The translations under genes were made by a program, and so were the position numbers. 64,000 bases of DNA from Coriobacteriia bacterium (lineage in GTDB: Bacteria; Actinomycetota; Coriobacteriia; Anaerosomatales; JAAXUF01): NCBI GenBank assembly GCA_038249135.1, contig JBBRWO010000003.1:1860-65859 (forward strand), in the 5' to 3' direction. The first letter of the stretch is position 1. Every line of letters starts with the position of its first letter. The notes below the pieces were generated by a model. It was not told where the DNA came from. It worked only from the letters and a program-made list of their open reading frames with translations, and searched no databases. Positions 50,073 to 59,843 of the stretch are shown in pieces.

Positions 50073-52310
50073 CTACGCCCTCCTCTTCTCTTGTGCGGTA
50101 TTCGCCGAACGTCGCCCACTTCCCGCCGATGACTTCGCTAGGAGGCGCATCCCGTTCGCGATCACCAACAATGCCACGCCTGTGTCGGCGAAGACTGCGA
50201 GCCACATGTTGGCGTACCCGAACACGGCCGCCGTCAGCACCGCCACCTTCACCGCCACCGAGAACACGACGTTCTGGCGGATGATTGCAAGCGTGCGGCG
50301 ACCCAACGCGAAGAAGCCCGGCAGAGCCGTGAGATCGTCGGCCATCAGCGCAACGTCGGCCGTCTCCAATGCCGTGTCGGAACCGACCGCGCCCATCGCG
50401 ATGCCGATGTCGGCCGCAGCAAGCGCGGGCGCGTCGTTCACGCCGTCCCCGACCATCGCCACGACTCCCCAGCGCTCCTTGAGCCGATGCACGGCCGCGA
50501 CCTTGTCGGCGGGCAGGAGCCTCGCCATGTGCGAGGCCAGCCCGAGCCGGTGCGCGACCGCGGCGGCAGTCCGTTCGTTGTCGCCGGTCAGCATCACCAG
50601 GTGCTCGATACCACCCTGCTGGAGCGCCGCAATCGCATCGGGTGCCTCCGCGCGTGCCGCATCAGCCACGCCGAGGAACCCGAGCGGTGCGTGACAGTCC
50701 TCGGCCAGAACAAGAATCGTCATCCCGGCGTTCTCGGCCTCTTCGACGAGGGTCGCGAGCTCCGGTGGGATGCGCACAAGCTCCTCGGCGAAGACCGGGC
50801 TGACAAGGTGGAGTCGGCGGCCATCGACGGTGCCGCTGACTCCGCGGCCCGGCTGCTCCACGACATCGGTTGCAGGCCTCATCGAGAGCTGGACCCGCTG
50901 CGCCTCGACGAGCACCGCGCGAGCGAGCGGATGGGTGGAGTTGGCTTCAAGCGACGCGGCAAGCGCTAAGACCTCATCAGCGTCGAGCATGTCCTCGGCG
51001 TGGACTCGGCGCACGAACGGACGACCGGCCGTCAGGGTCCCGGTCTTGTCGAACGCGATCGCTCGTACACGCGCAGCCTGCTCAAGGAACGCGCCGCCCT
51101 TTACCAGGACGCCATCGCGCGCGGCCCTCGAAATCGCGCTCACAAGCGTGACCGGAGTCGAGATGACGAGTGCGCATGGACATGCCGCGACGAGCACAAC
51201 CAGCGAGCGATAGAACCACTCGGACCAGACGGTCAGATCGTTGACCGGCGTGAAGTGAACCGCTGCAGAGATCAACGGGCCGCCAACCGCTACGACCACT
51301 GCGAGCCCGACCGCGAGGGGCGTGTAGACGCGACTGAAGCGATCCACTACGAGTTGAACCGGGGCGCGGGCCGCCTGAGCCTCTTCGACCTGGAAGACGA
51401 TGCGAGCGAGTGTAGAGTCTTCCGCGCTCGCGGTGACCGTGATCTCGAGCAACCCACTGGTGTTGAGGGAGCCCGCGTACACCGCGTCACCCACCGCCTT
51501 ATCGGCGGGCATCGGCTCGCCTGTGATCGGCGCCTCGTCGACCGCAGAGAACCCGACAGCGATCGTGCCGTCCAATGCGATCCGCTCGCCGGGCCTGACG
51601 ATGATAACCTCGCCGACCGAGACCGCCGCCGGGGAAACTTCGACTATCGTCGAGTCACGGCGCACTCGCGCAATCGGGGGCGCCAACGACATCAGGTCGC
51701 GAATCGAGCTGCGCGTGCGAGCCAGCGCGCGCGACTCAAGCCATCCTCCCAGCGCAAAGAGGAAGACAACGGTCGCGGCCTCAGAGTACGCCCCGATACC
51801 AAACGCGCCGATGACCGCAATCATCATGAGCACGTTCATATCCACGCTACGAGCTCGCACAGAAGCGACCGCACGCGGCCCGAGCAGGCTGAAGCCCATG
51901 AGCACCGCGAGCAGGTAAGTCGCGGTCGACGCAGCCGGCGAAACTCCAGCGAGTGCCCAGCCAGCAAGTGACAGCGCGCCGGACCCGACAACCGCTATCG
52001 TCGTGCGATTGCGCGCCATCCACGGCCGGGAATCAGGCGTGCCCGAGGGCTCGCGCGCCTCGCCGACCGCCACGATCCCGTGACCCGAGCGCTCGACCAC
52101 CGCGACGACGCGCGCGCGCGGATCGTCCTCGGGTTCGTATTCGATCAACAGGGTGCCACTCGCGTAGTTCAGGTCCGCCGAGACCACCCCGGGGACCAGC
52201 GATACGGACTTAGCCACGGTCCGCGCGCAGTCGGGTCAATCAAGCCCCGTGATATGCCACACCTCGTGCGGGTAGGCGCCCGAGATGTCTACCCCACTCA
52301 CGCGCGTCAT
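50073..52310 (-). CDS. P1B-type heavy-metal (Zn/Cd/Pb-like) translocating ATPase; N-terminal HMA domain interrupted by in-frame TGA at codon 25
   Basis: CPC in TM6 (VAACPCALVIS), DKTGTLT, STHPLA, GDGVNDAP and a ZntA-like TM7-8 (VKVAV...AVFADTG). The track ORF starts at GTG 52217. The same frame continues upstream through TGA (52236-52238) to ATG 52310, which overlaps the arsR stop. Confidence 0.9.
52236..52238 (-). other. in-frame TGA at the first Cys position of the HMA GLD-C-PDC motif (Sec candidate or nonsense mutation)
   Basis: The frame reads ...EVWHITGLD-TGA-PDCARTVAKSVSLVPGVV.... Cys would be expected here in a GxDCxxC metal-binding loop. Confidence 0.6.
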
Positions 52311-52711
52311 CTGTCGACCCTTTGGTGAGGAAGGTGCTCGGCTGCGTGCGCGAGACCTTGGTCGAGCAGCGCTGTCACGTGGTCATCCGCAAGCCGGTAG
52401 ACCGCACGGTTCCCGTCTCGGCGAAACACCACCAAACCGCGGTCCCGTAACAGCCTCAATTGGTGACTGACCCCCGACTGGCTGATGCCGCATACCTCGG
52501 CGAGGTCGCAGACGCAGAGCTCTGTTACCGAGAGCGCGTCGAGGATACGCAGCCGCGTCGGGTCCGACAACGCCGAGAAGATCGCGGTGGTCGCTCGAAC
52601 CAGCGGTTCATCGGCCAATCGTACACGCGCGACAGCAACCGCCGTACAATCGATGATCGTTGCAGCGCACGCGCCCTCGGTGATAGAACCGGTACCCGCG
52701 TCCCTGCTCAC
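52307..52711 (-). CDS. ArsR/SmtB-family metal-responsive repressor (CadC/CzrA-like)
   Basis: The winged HTH is LSDPTRLRILDAL...ELCVCDLAEVCGISQSGVSHQLRLLR, with an alpha3 CVC site. The C-terminal DDHVTALLDQGLAHAAEH is alpha5-like (DxH-x10-H). N-terminal Cys residues are also present. Confidence 0.9.
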   Translation of the reverse strand: MSRDAGTGSITEGACAATIIDCTAVAVARVRLADEPLVRATTAIFSALSDPTRLRILDALSVTELCVCDLAEVCGISQSGVSHQLRLLRDRGLVVFRRDGNRAVYRLADDHVTALLDQGLAHAAEHLPHQRVDR

Positions 52712-52725
52712 GACACGCTCCTATC

Positions 52726-52747
52726 TGAACGAATGCTCATATGTTCA
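52726..52747. promoter_or_regulatory. candidate ArsR/SmtB operator
   Basis: TGAACGAATGCTCATATGTTCA is a TGAAC-N12-GTTCA inverted repeat with a CATATG core, 15 nt upstream of the arsR GTG. Confidence 0.35.
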
Positions 52748-52769
52748 TGCAACCATAGCATAGAGCAAA

Positions 52770-52794
52770 GGAGACGACCCACTGGGTCGTCTCC
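52770..52794 (-). terminator. stem-loop terminator after the Cys-rich gene
   Basis: GGAGACGACCC-ACT-GGGTCGTCTCC is a perfect 11-bp stem, followed on the minus strand by TTTGCTC. It lies 33 nt past the stop at 52827. Confidence 0.55.
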
Positions 52795-52826
52795 GAATAC
52801 GAACAGAGAACATGGGGAGCTGGCGT

Positions 52827-53198
52827 CTAGCGCATGCCGTACTCATCAATCAACGGGTCGTATGCCTGAACGTTCCAGTCGATTTGCAGGGAGCGAAGGC
52901 GGTTGTAGTACTCCTCTTCGTTGTATTCCTTGTTGAGAATGTGGAACCGAGCGCCATTGAGCCCTACGCAGTAGGCGCAGTCACGGCAATCCACGCACTG
53001 GACACACTCGATCAAGCTGTCGCAGTTGTGACAGCCGATGCAGGCACGCGCGTTGTAGGTGTAGTTGCAGTTGCGGGTCGCCTCCACGTTGAAGCAGCCG
53101 TAGTTATTCATCGCATCGCGGTCATGGGTATGCTCAACTTTGAGCCGAGACCACTCGCGTGCGTGTGCAGCCTTGTCCAACATCGCAGCCCTTCCCAT
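52827..53198 (-). CDS. small cysteine-rich protein (12 Cys within about 50 residues), unknown function
   Basis: ...NYGCFNVEATRNCNYTYNARACIGCHNCDSLIECVQCVDCRDCAYCVG... has CxxC spaced every 3-6 residues. It is followed by an acidic/aromatic tail (NKEYNEEEYYNRL). The local DNA is visibly more AT-rich than its surroundings. Confidence 0.55.
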   Translation of the reverse strand: MGRAAMLDKAAHAREWSRLKVEHTHDRDAMNNYGCFNVEATRNCNYTYNARACIGCHNCDSLIECVQCVDCRDCAYCVGLNGARFHILNKEYNEEEYYNRLRSLQIDWNVQAYDPLIDEYGMR

Positions 53199-53291
53199 TC
53201 GCTCGCTGGTTCGAATAGCGTATCACCGTGCGCAACGACGCGCATTGGAGATTTCGCGGTACGATGAGCGCAAACCACTGAGGGAGTTCAC

Positions 53292-53945
53292 ATGTCACCG
53301 AACGCGAAGTTCTGGACCGCAGCGATCGCCGCTGGCCTGATCGGAGTGCTCGTGGGTGCCGGAGCCGTCTGGGCAGTAAACCGGCAATCGGCTCCTCGGC
53401 CCGTAGCCGCCGACACACTAGAAATCGATGCACTGAGGGCGACAGTCGACCAGAAGGACCAGCTCATCGCGAGCCTCACCGAGAAGTACAACTCGGCGAT
53501 CGCAAGCGCCTCGGTAACGGCGACCACGACCGCCGAGGTCACGACAACGAGCGGGACCACCAAGCAGTTCACGTTCATCAAAGACGTGACCATCAAGGGC
53601 GGCAAGACCACCATAAGCGCCGACTTCGCACAGTTTCTGACCGGGAAGGCTGCGGCCGACTCCGCGACCGCGCATGGCGACGAGTCCCCTCCCCCCAACG
53701 ATTACTACATCGCAAACGACAACAAAAAGTTGCGCACGCTTCCCGTGAAGTCAGGCATCAAGGTATCGTTGACGGCGCTTGACGATGGCACCAGCGATCC
53801 CGAGGGGTACAAGGTGTCGCTATCGAAGTGGGCGGGCTACTATGCCGCGCCCACGCCGGACACTGGCAGCATCACGGGCGGTCCGTACTGGATCACGATC
53901 ACTAACAGTGTCGTGACGGCGATCGAAGAACAGTACACGCCGTAG
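53292..53945 (+). CDS. membrane-anchored extracytoplasmic protein (hypothetical)
   Basis: N-terminal TM anchor FWTAAIAAGLIGVLVGAGAVWAV, a short coiled-coil, a Thr/Ala-rich linker and a beta-rich domain of about 120 aa. An RBS GAGGGAG precedes the ATG. Confidence 0.55.
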   Translation: MSPNAKFWTAAIAAGLIGVLVGAGAVWAVNRQSAPRPVAADTLEIDALRATVDQKDQLIASLTEKYNSAIASASVTATTTAEVTTTSGTTKQFTFIKDVTIKGGKTTISADFAQFLTGKAAADSATAHGDESPPPNDYYIANDNKKLRTLPVKSGIKVSLTALDDGTSDPEGYKVSLSKWAGYYAAPTPDTGSITGGPYWITITNSVVTAIEEQYTP

Positions 53946-53972
53946 CAGCGCACGCCGTAGCGTGATGCGTGC

Positions 53973-53988
53973 GGGGACGTGAGTCCCC
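53973..53988. terminator. hairpin between convergent genes
   Basis: GGGGAC-GTGA-GTCCCC lies between the stop at 53945 (+) and the uvrB stop at 54015 (-). Confidence 0.4.
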
Positions 53989-54014
53989 TGCGGCTCGAGC
54001 CCGCGCGGTTGCGA

Positions 54015-56120
54015 CTATCGTCTCTTACGTCGTCCGTAGTCGCTGCCCTTGCGAGCGCCCTTCTTCAGCCGAGCCAAGACCTCATCGGTCGGGGTCGACT
54101 CCACCTCGGCCCGCAGCTTGACGACCTGATCGCGCAGTCTGGCCGCGGCCTCGAAATCGAGTGACTCGGCTGCGTGCGACATATCCTCCTCGAGCGTGGC
54201 GATGAGCCGCATGACCTCATCGAGTGGCATCTTCGCGAGTTCCTTCGCCGCCTCCGCAGCGGTGGTGAGTTGCGAATCGCCCTCGTGCATGTACTGCACT
54301 ATGTCCGCGATCGCCTTACGGATCGTCTGCGGCTCGATACCGTGCTCGGTGTTGTACGCGACCTGCCTTTCTCGGCGGCGATTGGTCTCGTCGATTGCGA
54401 GTCTCATCGAGTCAGTCACCTTGTCGGCATACATGATGACCTGGCCTGAGACGTTTCTGGCCGCGCGGCCGATGGTCTGGATCAACGATCGGTGGTTGCG
54501 GAGAAAGCCCTCTTTGTCGGCGTCGAGGATCGTGACCAGCGACACCTCCGGCAGGTCGAGTCCTTCGCGCAGCAGGTTGATGCCCACGAGGACATCGAAC
54601 TCCCCCGCCCGCAGATCGCGCAGGATCTCGATGCGCTCGAGCGTGGCGATATCGGAGTGCAGGTAGCGGACACGTATGCCCTGCTCGAAGAGGTAGTCGG
54701 TCAGATCCTCTGACATCTTTTTGGTGAGTGTGGTGACGAGTGTGCGCTCGTCGACTGCGGTGCGCGCTTTGATCTCCGCAATCAGGTCGTCCACCTGGCC
54801 CTTTACGGGACGCACGACTATCTGCGGGTCGACAAGACCCGTCGGCCGGATGATCTGCTCGACGATCTGGTCAGCAACTCGCATCTCATAGTCGCCCGGC
54901 GTCGCCGAGACGTAGATAAACTGCGGGATGCGCGCTTCGAACTCGTCGAAACGTAGCGGCCGGTTGTCGAGCGCGCTGGGGAGCCGGAACCCGTGCTCGA
55001 CCAGCGTGAGCTTGCGGCTGCGGTCGCCCTCATGCATGCCGCGAATCTGCGGGAGCGTGACGTGCGACTCGTCGATGATGGTGAGGAAGTCGTCGCCAAA
55101 GTAGTCGATGAGTGTGTTGGCCGGCTCGCCTGGCTCACGACCATCGAGGTGGCGCGAGTAGTTCTCGATGCCGCTGGTGAAACCCATCGTCTCGAGCATC
55201 TCGAGGTCGTAGTTCACACGCATTTCGAGCCGCTGGGCTTCGAGCAGCTTCCCGTCGGCCTTGAGCTCCTTGAGGCGCTGCGTGAGCTCGTCCTGGATGG
55301 TCCCGAGCGCCTTCTGCAATTTGGTCCGTTCGGTGACGTAGTGAGTGGCCGGCCAGATGGGCAGCTCATCGAAGGTGGTGAGCACCTCGCCCGTCAGCTG
55401 GTCAACCTCCGCAACGGTCTCGATCTCGTCCCCAAAGAACTCCACCCGCACGGGATGGTCTGCGTACGGCGGGAACACGTCGAGCACATCGCCCCGCACC
55501 CGGAACGTCCCACGCGACAAGTCGTAGTCGTTGCGATCGTACTGAATGCCGATGAGTTCCTGGATCAGGTCGTCGCGATCCATAGTCTTGCCAGCGCCGA
55601 GGAACACAGCCATTCCAGCGTAGTCTTCGGGTGAACCGATACCGTAGATGCAGCTCACGCTGGCAACAACCACGACGTCCTTGCGAGACAACAACGCGGC
55701 GGTCGCAGCGTGACGCAACTTCTCGACCTCGGCGTTGATCGAAGCGTCCTTCTCGATGAAGGTGTCGGTCGACGGCACGTATGCTTCCGGCTGGTAGTAG
55801 TCGTAGTAGCTCACGAAGTAGACGACTGCGTTGTCCGGCAGGAACTCCTTGATCTCGCTGGCGAGCTGCGCGGCGAGCGTTTTGTTGGGGGCCATGATGA
55901 GCGTCGGCTTCTGAACCTGCTCGATCACTTTGGCCATAGTGAAGGTCTTGCCCGAACCAGTGACACCGAGCAGCGTCTGCGAGCGCAGACCGTCCTTCAC
56001 GCCCCGGCTCAGCTCGGCGATTGCAGCAGGCTGATCGCCAGACGGCTCAAACGGCGCGACGACTCGGAAAACATGGGTTGTCTTCGGTGTGTTCTTGGGG
56101 GTGCTCTTCGAGTCGCTCAC
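54015..56120 (-). CDS. uvrB: excinuclease ABC subunit B
   Basis: Helicase motifs ([12 protein letters not shown]), a beta-hairpin region and a C-terminal UVR domain ([12 protein letters not shown]). Confidence 0.96.
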   Translation of the reverse strand: MSDSKSTPKNTPKTTHVFRVVAPFEPSGDQPAAIAELSRGVKDGLRSQTLLGVTGSGKTFTMAKVIEQVQKPTLIMAPNKTLAAQLASEIKEFLPDNAVVYFVSYYDYYQPEAYVPSTDTFIEKDASINAEVEKLRHAATAALLSRKDVVVVASVSCIYGIGSPEDYAGMAVFLGAGKTMDRDDLIQELIGIQYDRNDYDLSRGTFRVRGDVLDVFPPYADHPVRVEFFGDEIETVAEVDQLTGEVLTTFDELPIWPATHYVTERTKLQKALGTIQDELTQRLKELKADGKLLEAQRLEMRVNYDLEMLETMGFTSGIENYSRHLDGREPGEPANTLIDYFGDDFLTIIDESHVTLPQIRGMHEGDRSRKLTLVEHGFRLPSALDNRPLRFDEFEARIPQFIYVSATPGDYEMRVADQIVEQIIRPTGLVDPQIVVRPVKGQVDDLIAEIKARTAVDERTLVTTLTKKMSEDLTDYLFEQGIRVRYLHSDIATLERIEILRDLRAGEFDVLVGINLLREGLDLPEVSLVTILDADKEGFLRNHRSLIQTIGRAARNVSGQVIMYADKVTDSMRLAIDETNRRRERQVAYNTEHGIEPQTIRKAIADIVQYMHEGDSQLTTAAEAAKELAKMPLDEVMRLIATLEEDMSHAAESLDFEAAARLRDQVVKLRAEVESTPTDEVLARLKKGARKGSDYGRRKRR

Positions 56121-56132
56121 ATGCGGCCTTTC

Positions 56133-56696
56133 CTAGAATGCGTCAGGGTAGAGCTCCGTGTACCGGTCCTTGCCCCGCATCACACGAAGCACGTAATGGC
56201 GAGTCTCCGGAAACTCGATCGCAGCACGAATATCCCCGCCCTTGGCCTTCCACTCATCAGCATGACGCAGCCCGGCGTTGTAGGCGGCGAGTACGGTCTC
56301 GATCTCATGGTAGCGATTGACCAGATAGCGCAGGTACGCGGTGCCGTACTCGATATTGACAGCGGGGTCTGACAAGGAGTCGACGGGGAACTTCTCCTCG
56401 TCTACATCGCCGCTGCGCGCGAGGTCTTCGGCTGTGGACGGCAGGACTTGCATCAGGCCGACTGCACCGGCAGCCGAACGCGTGTCAGGCTTCCATTTGG
56501 ACTCCGCATTGATCACTGCCGCGATGAGGTAGGGACTGACCTCGTGTCTGGCCGAGGATTCGGTGATCGCTTGAGAGAACGCCAGCGGATAGTAGAATCG
56601 CTGCCAAGACGCGGGACCACGCAGGTACAGGAAGGTCGCGCCCGCCAGAACAACCACGATAGCGAACAGCGTGAGGCGAATCGGTGTGCGGCTCAC
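56133..56696 (-). CDS. lytic transglycosylase (SLT domain) with N-terminal membrane anchor
   Basis: AVINAESKWKPDTRSAAGAVGLMQVLPSTA...YNAG are the SLT catalytic Glu-Ser and AVGLMQ motifs. Confidence 0.85.
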   Translation of the reverse strand: MSRTPIRLTLFAIVVVLAGATFLYLRGPASWQRFYYPLAFSQAITESSARHEVSPYLIAAVINAESKWKPDTRSAAGAVGLMQVLPSTAEDLARSGDVDEEKFPVDSLSDPAVNIEYGTAYLRYLVNRYHEIETVLAAYNAGLRHADEWKAKGGDIRAAIEFPETRHYVLRVMRGKDRYTELYPDAF

Positions 56697-57310
56697 CGCA
56701 CACCACCGTCGACGACGTACTCCTCCCAGAAGCGCTCGAGCGCCGAGGTGAAACGCTCGATGGAGCCGTCGTTGACGATCAGGACCTCGGCGAGCTCAGC
56801 GCGTTGGGCATCGGTTGCCTGGGATCGCATGCGCCGTGCAACGTCATCGGGCGCCATTCCTCGCTCGACTGCGCGAGCCGCCCGTACTGATTCGGGACCC
56901 ACGATGGCAACCACGATATCGGCGAGCTCGCCAAAGACGGGAGCCTCTGCGAGAAGTGGAACCTCGAGTACGATCACGGGTGGCGGCGCCTGAAGCAATC
57001 GCATGTCGGCGATGGAGGGACCCACCTCACGAACGACGGCGGGGTGCACGATGGCATTGAGACGCCGAGTCGCGTCGGGGCTCGCGAATGCCGCGCGCGC
57101 AAGTGCAGGTCGGTCCAGGCGACCATCAGCGAGCAGCACTTCGTCGCCACCGAACTCCTCGGCAACTCGCGCGAGCAACGACGTACCGGGGGCCAGCAGC
57201 CGGGCGGCGATGTCGTCGAGGTCGAGCGCGACGGCACCTCGCTCGCGGAAGAACTCCGCTGCGGTCGACTTGCCGGCACCGAGGCCGCCTGTGAGAACGA
57301 GTACTTGCAT
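56693..57310 (-). CDS. coaE: dephospho-CoA kinase
   Basis: The P-loop is LTGGLGAGKST, with DADxxA-type motifs. It sits in the conserved position after rpsA. Confidence 0.9.
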   Translation of the reverse strand: MQVLVLTGGLGAGKSTAAEFFRERGAVALDLDDIAARLLAPGTSLLARVAEEFGGDEVLLADGRLDRPALARAAFASPDATRRLNAIVHPAVVREVGPSIADMRLLQAPPPVIVLEVPLLAEAPVFGELADIVVAIVGPESVRAARAVERGMAPDDVARRMRSQATDAQRAELAEVLIVNDGSIERFTSALERFWEEYVVDGGVR

Positions 57311-57371
57311 ACTCTATGGGTACCACAGGTGCGCCACAAAGCCCACATGAAACCTAAGGAGTTCACAAAAG

Positions 57372-57406
57372 AAGGGCCGAATCGGCGTGATGCCGACCCG
57401 GCCCTT
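57372..57406 (-). terminator. rho-independent terminator after rpsA
   Basis: AAGGGCCG...CGGCCCTT is the outer stem, with inner stem TCGGC/GCCGA. It is followed on the minus strand by CTTTTGTG and lies 26 nt past the rpsA stop. Confidence 0.6.
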
Positions 57407-57431
57407 CAGGCGATTCAGGTGATGCGAGGTG

Positions 57432-58958
57432 CTACTCGGCAGCCTTCTCGGCGGACTCGTCGGCTTCCTCGACGGGAGCTTCCTCGGCGACCGGCTCGGC
57501 TTCCTCGGGGGTCTCCTCGGCGGCAGCTTCCTCGGCGACCGGCTCGGCCTCCTCGGCGACAGCTTCCTCGACGACCGGCTCGGCTTCCTCGGCTACAGCT
57601 TCCTCGGCGACCGGCTCGGCTTCCTCGGGGGTCTCCTCGGCGACAGCTTCCTCGGCAACCTCAGCCTCGGCGGCGGGGGCTTCCTCGGCAACCTCAGCCT
57701 CGGCGGCGGGGGCATCCTCGGTCTCTACGACCTCGGCAGCAGCGTCTTCGGCAACGGGCTCGCCCTCGACGGCGTCGACTGCGACGGCATCATCGGCGGA
57801 CTCGTCATCGGCGGGCTCTTCCGTACCGCCCGTGATCTCGATCTCGATGCCGAGGGTCTCGGCAGCGGCGCGCATCGAAAGCGAGATGCGACGACGCTCG
57901 AGGTCGACGTCCTGGACCTTGACGTGGACCTTCTGGCCCACAGCGGTGACCTGGTCGGGAGTCTCGACGTGGCCCTTGGCCATCTCGGAAATGTGCACGA
58001 GGCCTTCGACGCCATCGCCCAGCTCGACGAATGCGCCGAACGGAACCAGCTTGGTGACGGAGCCCTCGATGATCGAGCCGACCGGGAAGTTCTTCACGAG
58101 CATCTTCCACGGGTCTTCCTGAGTCTGCTTGAGGCCCAGGGAGATACGCTCGCGGGAGAGGTCGACGTCGAGCACCTGGACGTTGACCGGATCGCCGACC
58201 TTGACGACCTCGGACGGGTGGTTGACGTGGCTCCAGGAAAGCTCGGAGATGTGCACGAGGCCGTCGATGCCGCCGAGGTCCACGAACGCGCCGAAGTCGA
58301 CGATGCTCGAGACGTTACCCGGCAGGATCATGCCCTTCTGCAGCTTGCCGAGGATCTCGGCACGCTCATGCTTGCGACCCTCTTCGAGGACGACGCGGCG
58401 TGAAAGGACGACGTTGTTGCGGTTGCGGTCCATCTCGATGACGCGCGCTTCAAGGCGGGTGCCGGTGTAGGCGGCGAGGTCCTTGACGCGACGGAGGTCG
58501 ACGAGCGACGCAGGCAGGAAACCGCGCAGGCCGATGTCGAGGATGAGTCCACCCTTGACGACCTCGATGACCTCGCCTTCGACGTTCTCGCCGGAGGTGA
58601 ACTTCTCTTCGATCTTGGTCCAGGCGCGCTCGTACTCTGCACGCTTCTTGGAAAGGATCAGACGGCCATCCTTGTCCTCCTTCTGGAGAACCAGGGCCTC
58701 GATCTCATCGCCGCAGGAAACGATATCGGCGGGATTGGCATCTTTGCGGATCGACAGTTCGCGGGCCGGGATGACACCCTCGGACTTGTAGCCGATGTCC
58801 AGGAGCACTTCGTCGCGCTCAACTTTGACAACGACACCGCTGACAAGGTCGCCCTCATCAAAATCGGTCATCGTACCGTCGATGAGAGCATGCATTTCCT
58901 CATCGGTGTACTGGCGCTGCTCGACGATAGAGCTGCCGGTGTTTTCGAACTCAGTCAT
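57432..58958 (-). CDS. rpsA: 30S ribosomal protein S1 with long acidic repetitive C-terminal tail
   Basis: Four S1 OB-fold repeats (GxVxxVxxFGAFVDLGGIDGLVHISE-type) are followed by a tail of about 140 aa made of E/A/P/V. Confidence 0.93.
   Translation of the reverse strand: MTEFENTGSSIVEQRQYTDEEMHALIDGTMTDFDEGDLVSGVVVKVERDEVLLDIGYKSEGVIPARELSIRKDANPADIVSCGDEIEALVLQKEDKDGRLILSKKRAEYERAWTKIEEKFTSGENVEGEVIEVVKGGLILDIGLRGFLPASLVDLRRVKDLAAYTGTRLEARVIEMDRNRNNVVLSRRVVLEEGRKHERAEILGKLQKGMILPGNVSSIVDFGAFVDLGGIDGLVHISELSWSHVNHPSEVVKVGDPVNVQVLDVDLSRERISLGLKQTQEDPWKMLVKNFPVGSIIEGSVTKLVPFGAFVELGDGVEGLVHISEMAKGHVETPDQVTAVGQKVHVKVQDVDLERRRISLSMRAAAETLGIEIEITGGTEEPADDESADDAVAVDAVEGEPVAEDAAAEVVETEDAPAAEAEVAEEAPAAEAEVAEEAVAEETPEEAEPVAEEAVAEEAEPVVEEAVAEEAEPVAEEAAAEETPEEAEPVAEEAPVEEADESAEKAAE
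57447..57716 (-). repeat. imperfect in-frame tandem repeats encoding (AEEAEPVAEEAV)-like units
   Basis: The block cagcttcctcggcgaccggctcggcttcctcgggggtctcctcggcg recurs about 120 nt apart. Two adjacent 30-nt copies of cttcctcggcaacctcagcctcggcggcggggg are also present. All lie inside the rpsA 3' end. Confidence 0.7.
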
Positions 58959-59178
58959 TACGTGGACCCCTTTTCAATCTCGGGGCCCCGGTCATGCCTC
59001 GTCGCCTACAGTTACGTCAGTCTCGGGTACAGGACATCTCGTCGCCGATAGGATCTGCTACATGTCTCCGGGGGCCAACAGGACTTCGCGACCTCTGCGA
59101 GCCTTCTGCGCGTAGATAGTCGAATCCGAAGTGTACCGCACGGTTCGTGCTCACGCCACTACACGGTTCCGGGCGTGT

Positions 59179-59595
59179 CTACGGGTTCGGCTCTCCTATG
59201 AGTCGTACGTCAGTGAAGCCGGCGTGGGCACGACGATCAGCGGAAACCAGCTCCCCGCCGAGAAGGACGGCAAGCGCCGGCGCCAGAGCATCGTAGAACG
59301 TACATCCGAGCAGAGCACATTGACGCGCGGTCTGCCCCACCAGCTCATCGGAGAGAGGATGAATCTCAATCTGAGCGAGGGCAACCGCTTCCCACGCCGG
59401 GATGATCTCCCTCACGCCAAACTGCCGATTCACGATGCCGAGCAACTCTGTCACGAAATGCTCCGCGACGAGGAGCACAACCGTGCCTTCGGCGTGCTGG
59501 TCCAGCAGTGCGCGCGCTTGAGCCGAGCCATGCTCTTCACGAAACCACTTCACCCCGACTGAGGCATCCAAGGCGATAGGGGTCGTGGAGCTCAC
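59179..59595 (-). CDS. vapC: PIN-domain ribonuclease toxin (VapC-like)
   Basis: 138 aa. Conserved acidic residues have PIN spacing (IALDASV, LVAEHF, TFYDAL, VSADRR). The start overlaps the stop of the upstream small ORF. Confidence 0.8.
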   Translation of the reverse strand: MSSTTPIALDASVGVKWFREEHGSAQARALLDQHAEGTVVLLVAEHFVTELLGIVNRQFGVREIIPAWEAVALAQIEIHPLSDELVGQTARQCALLGCTFYDALAPALAVLLGGELVSADRRAHAGFTDVRLIGEPNP

Positions 59596-59810
59596 GTGGT
59601 CCGGCTTCCATCGGCTTGATCCTTCACGGAATCCGGCCTAGACGAAGTAGGGTCATCGCTCTCCCGCAGTTCGCGAAGAATCTCCAAGCTTGGCCTGTCG
59701 TCCAGCACCGGCCGGGCGCCAATCTCCCGCATCCGCGCGATCGCGCACTCGACACCCTGCCGCCGCGCCGCTGCGGAATCTGCATCGCGGCGCGCGGTGA
59801 GATACCCCAC
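59592..59810 (-). CDS. putative antitoxin of the VapC-like toxin
   Basis: 72-aa ORF (GTG start) that overlaps the PIN gene start by 4 nt. The call rests mainly on size and position, since no clear RHH/AbrB motif is seen. Confidence 0.45.
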   Translation of the reverse strand: MGYLTARRDADSAAARRQGVECAIARMREIGARPVLDDRPSLEILRELRESDDPTSSRPDSVKDQADGSRTT

Positions 59811-59843
59811 GGATGCTTCGCGAATGGCGTCAAGAGTTCCTGC

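Noticed and set aside
57447-57716. Tandem repeats as a CRISPR-like or non-coding array
   Set aside because: The repeats are in frame inside rpsA, have no unique spacers, and simply encode the acidic tail.
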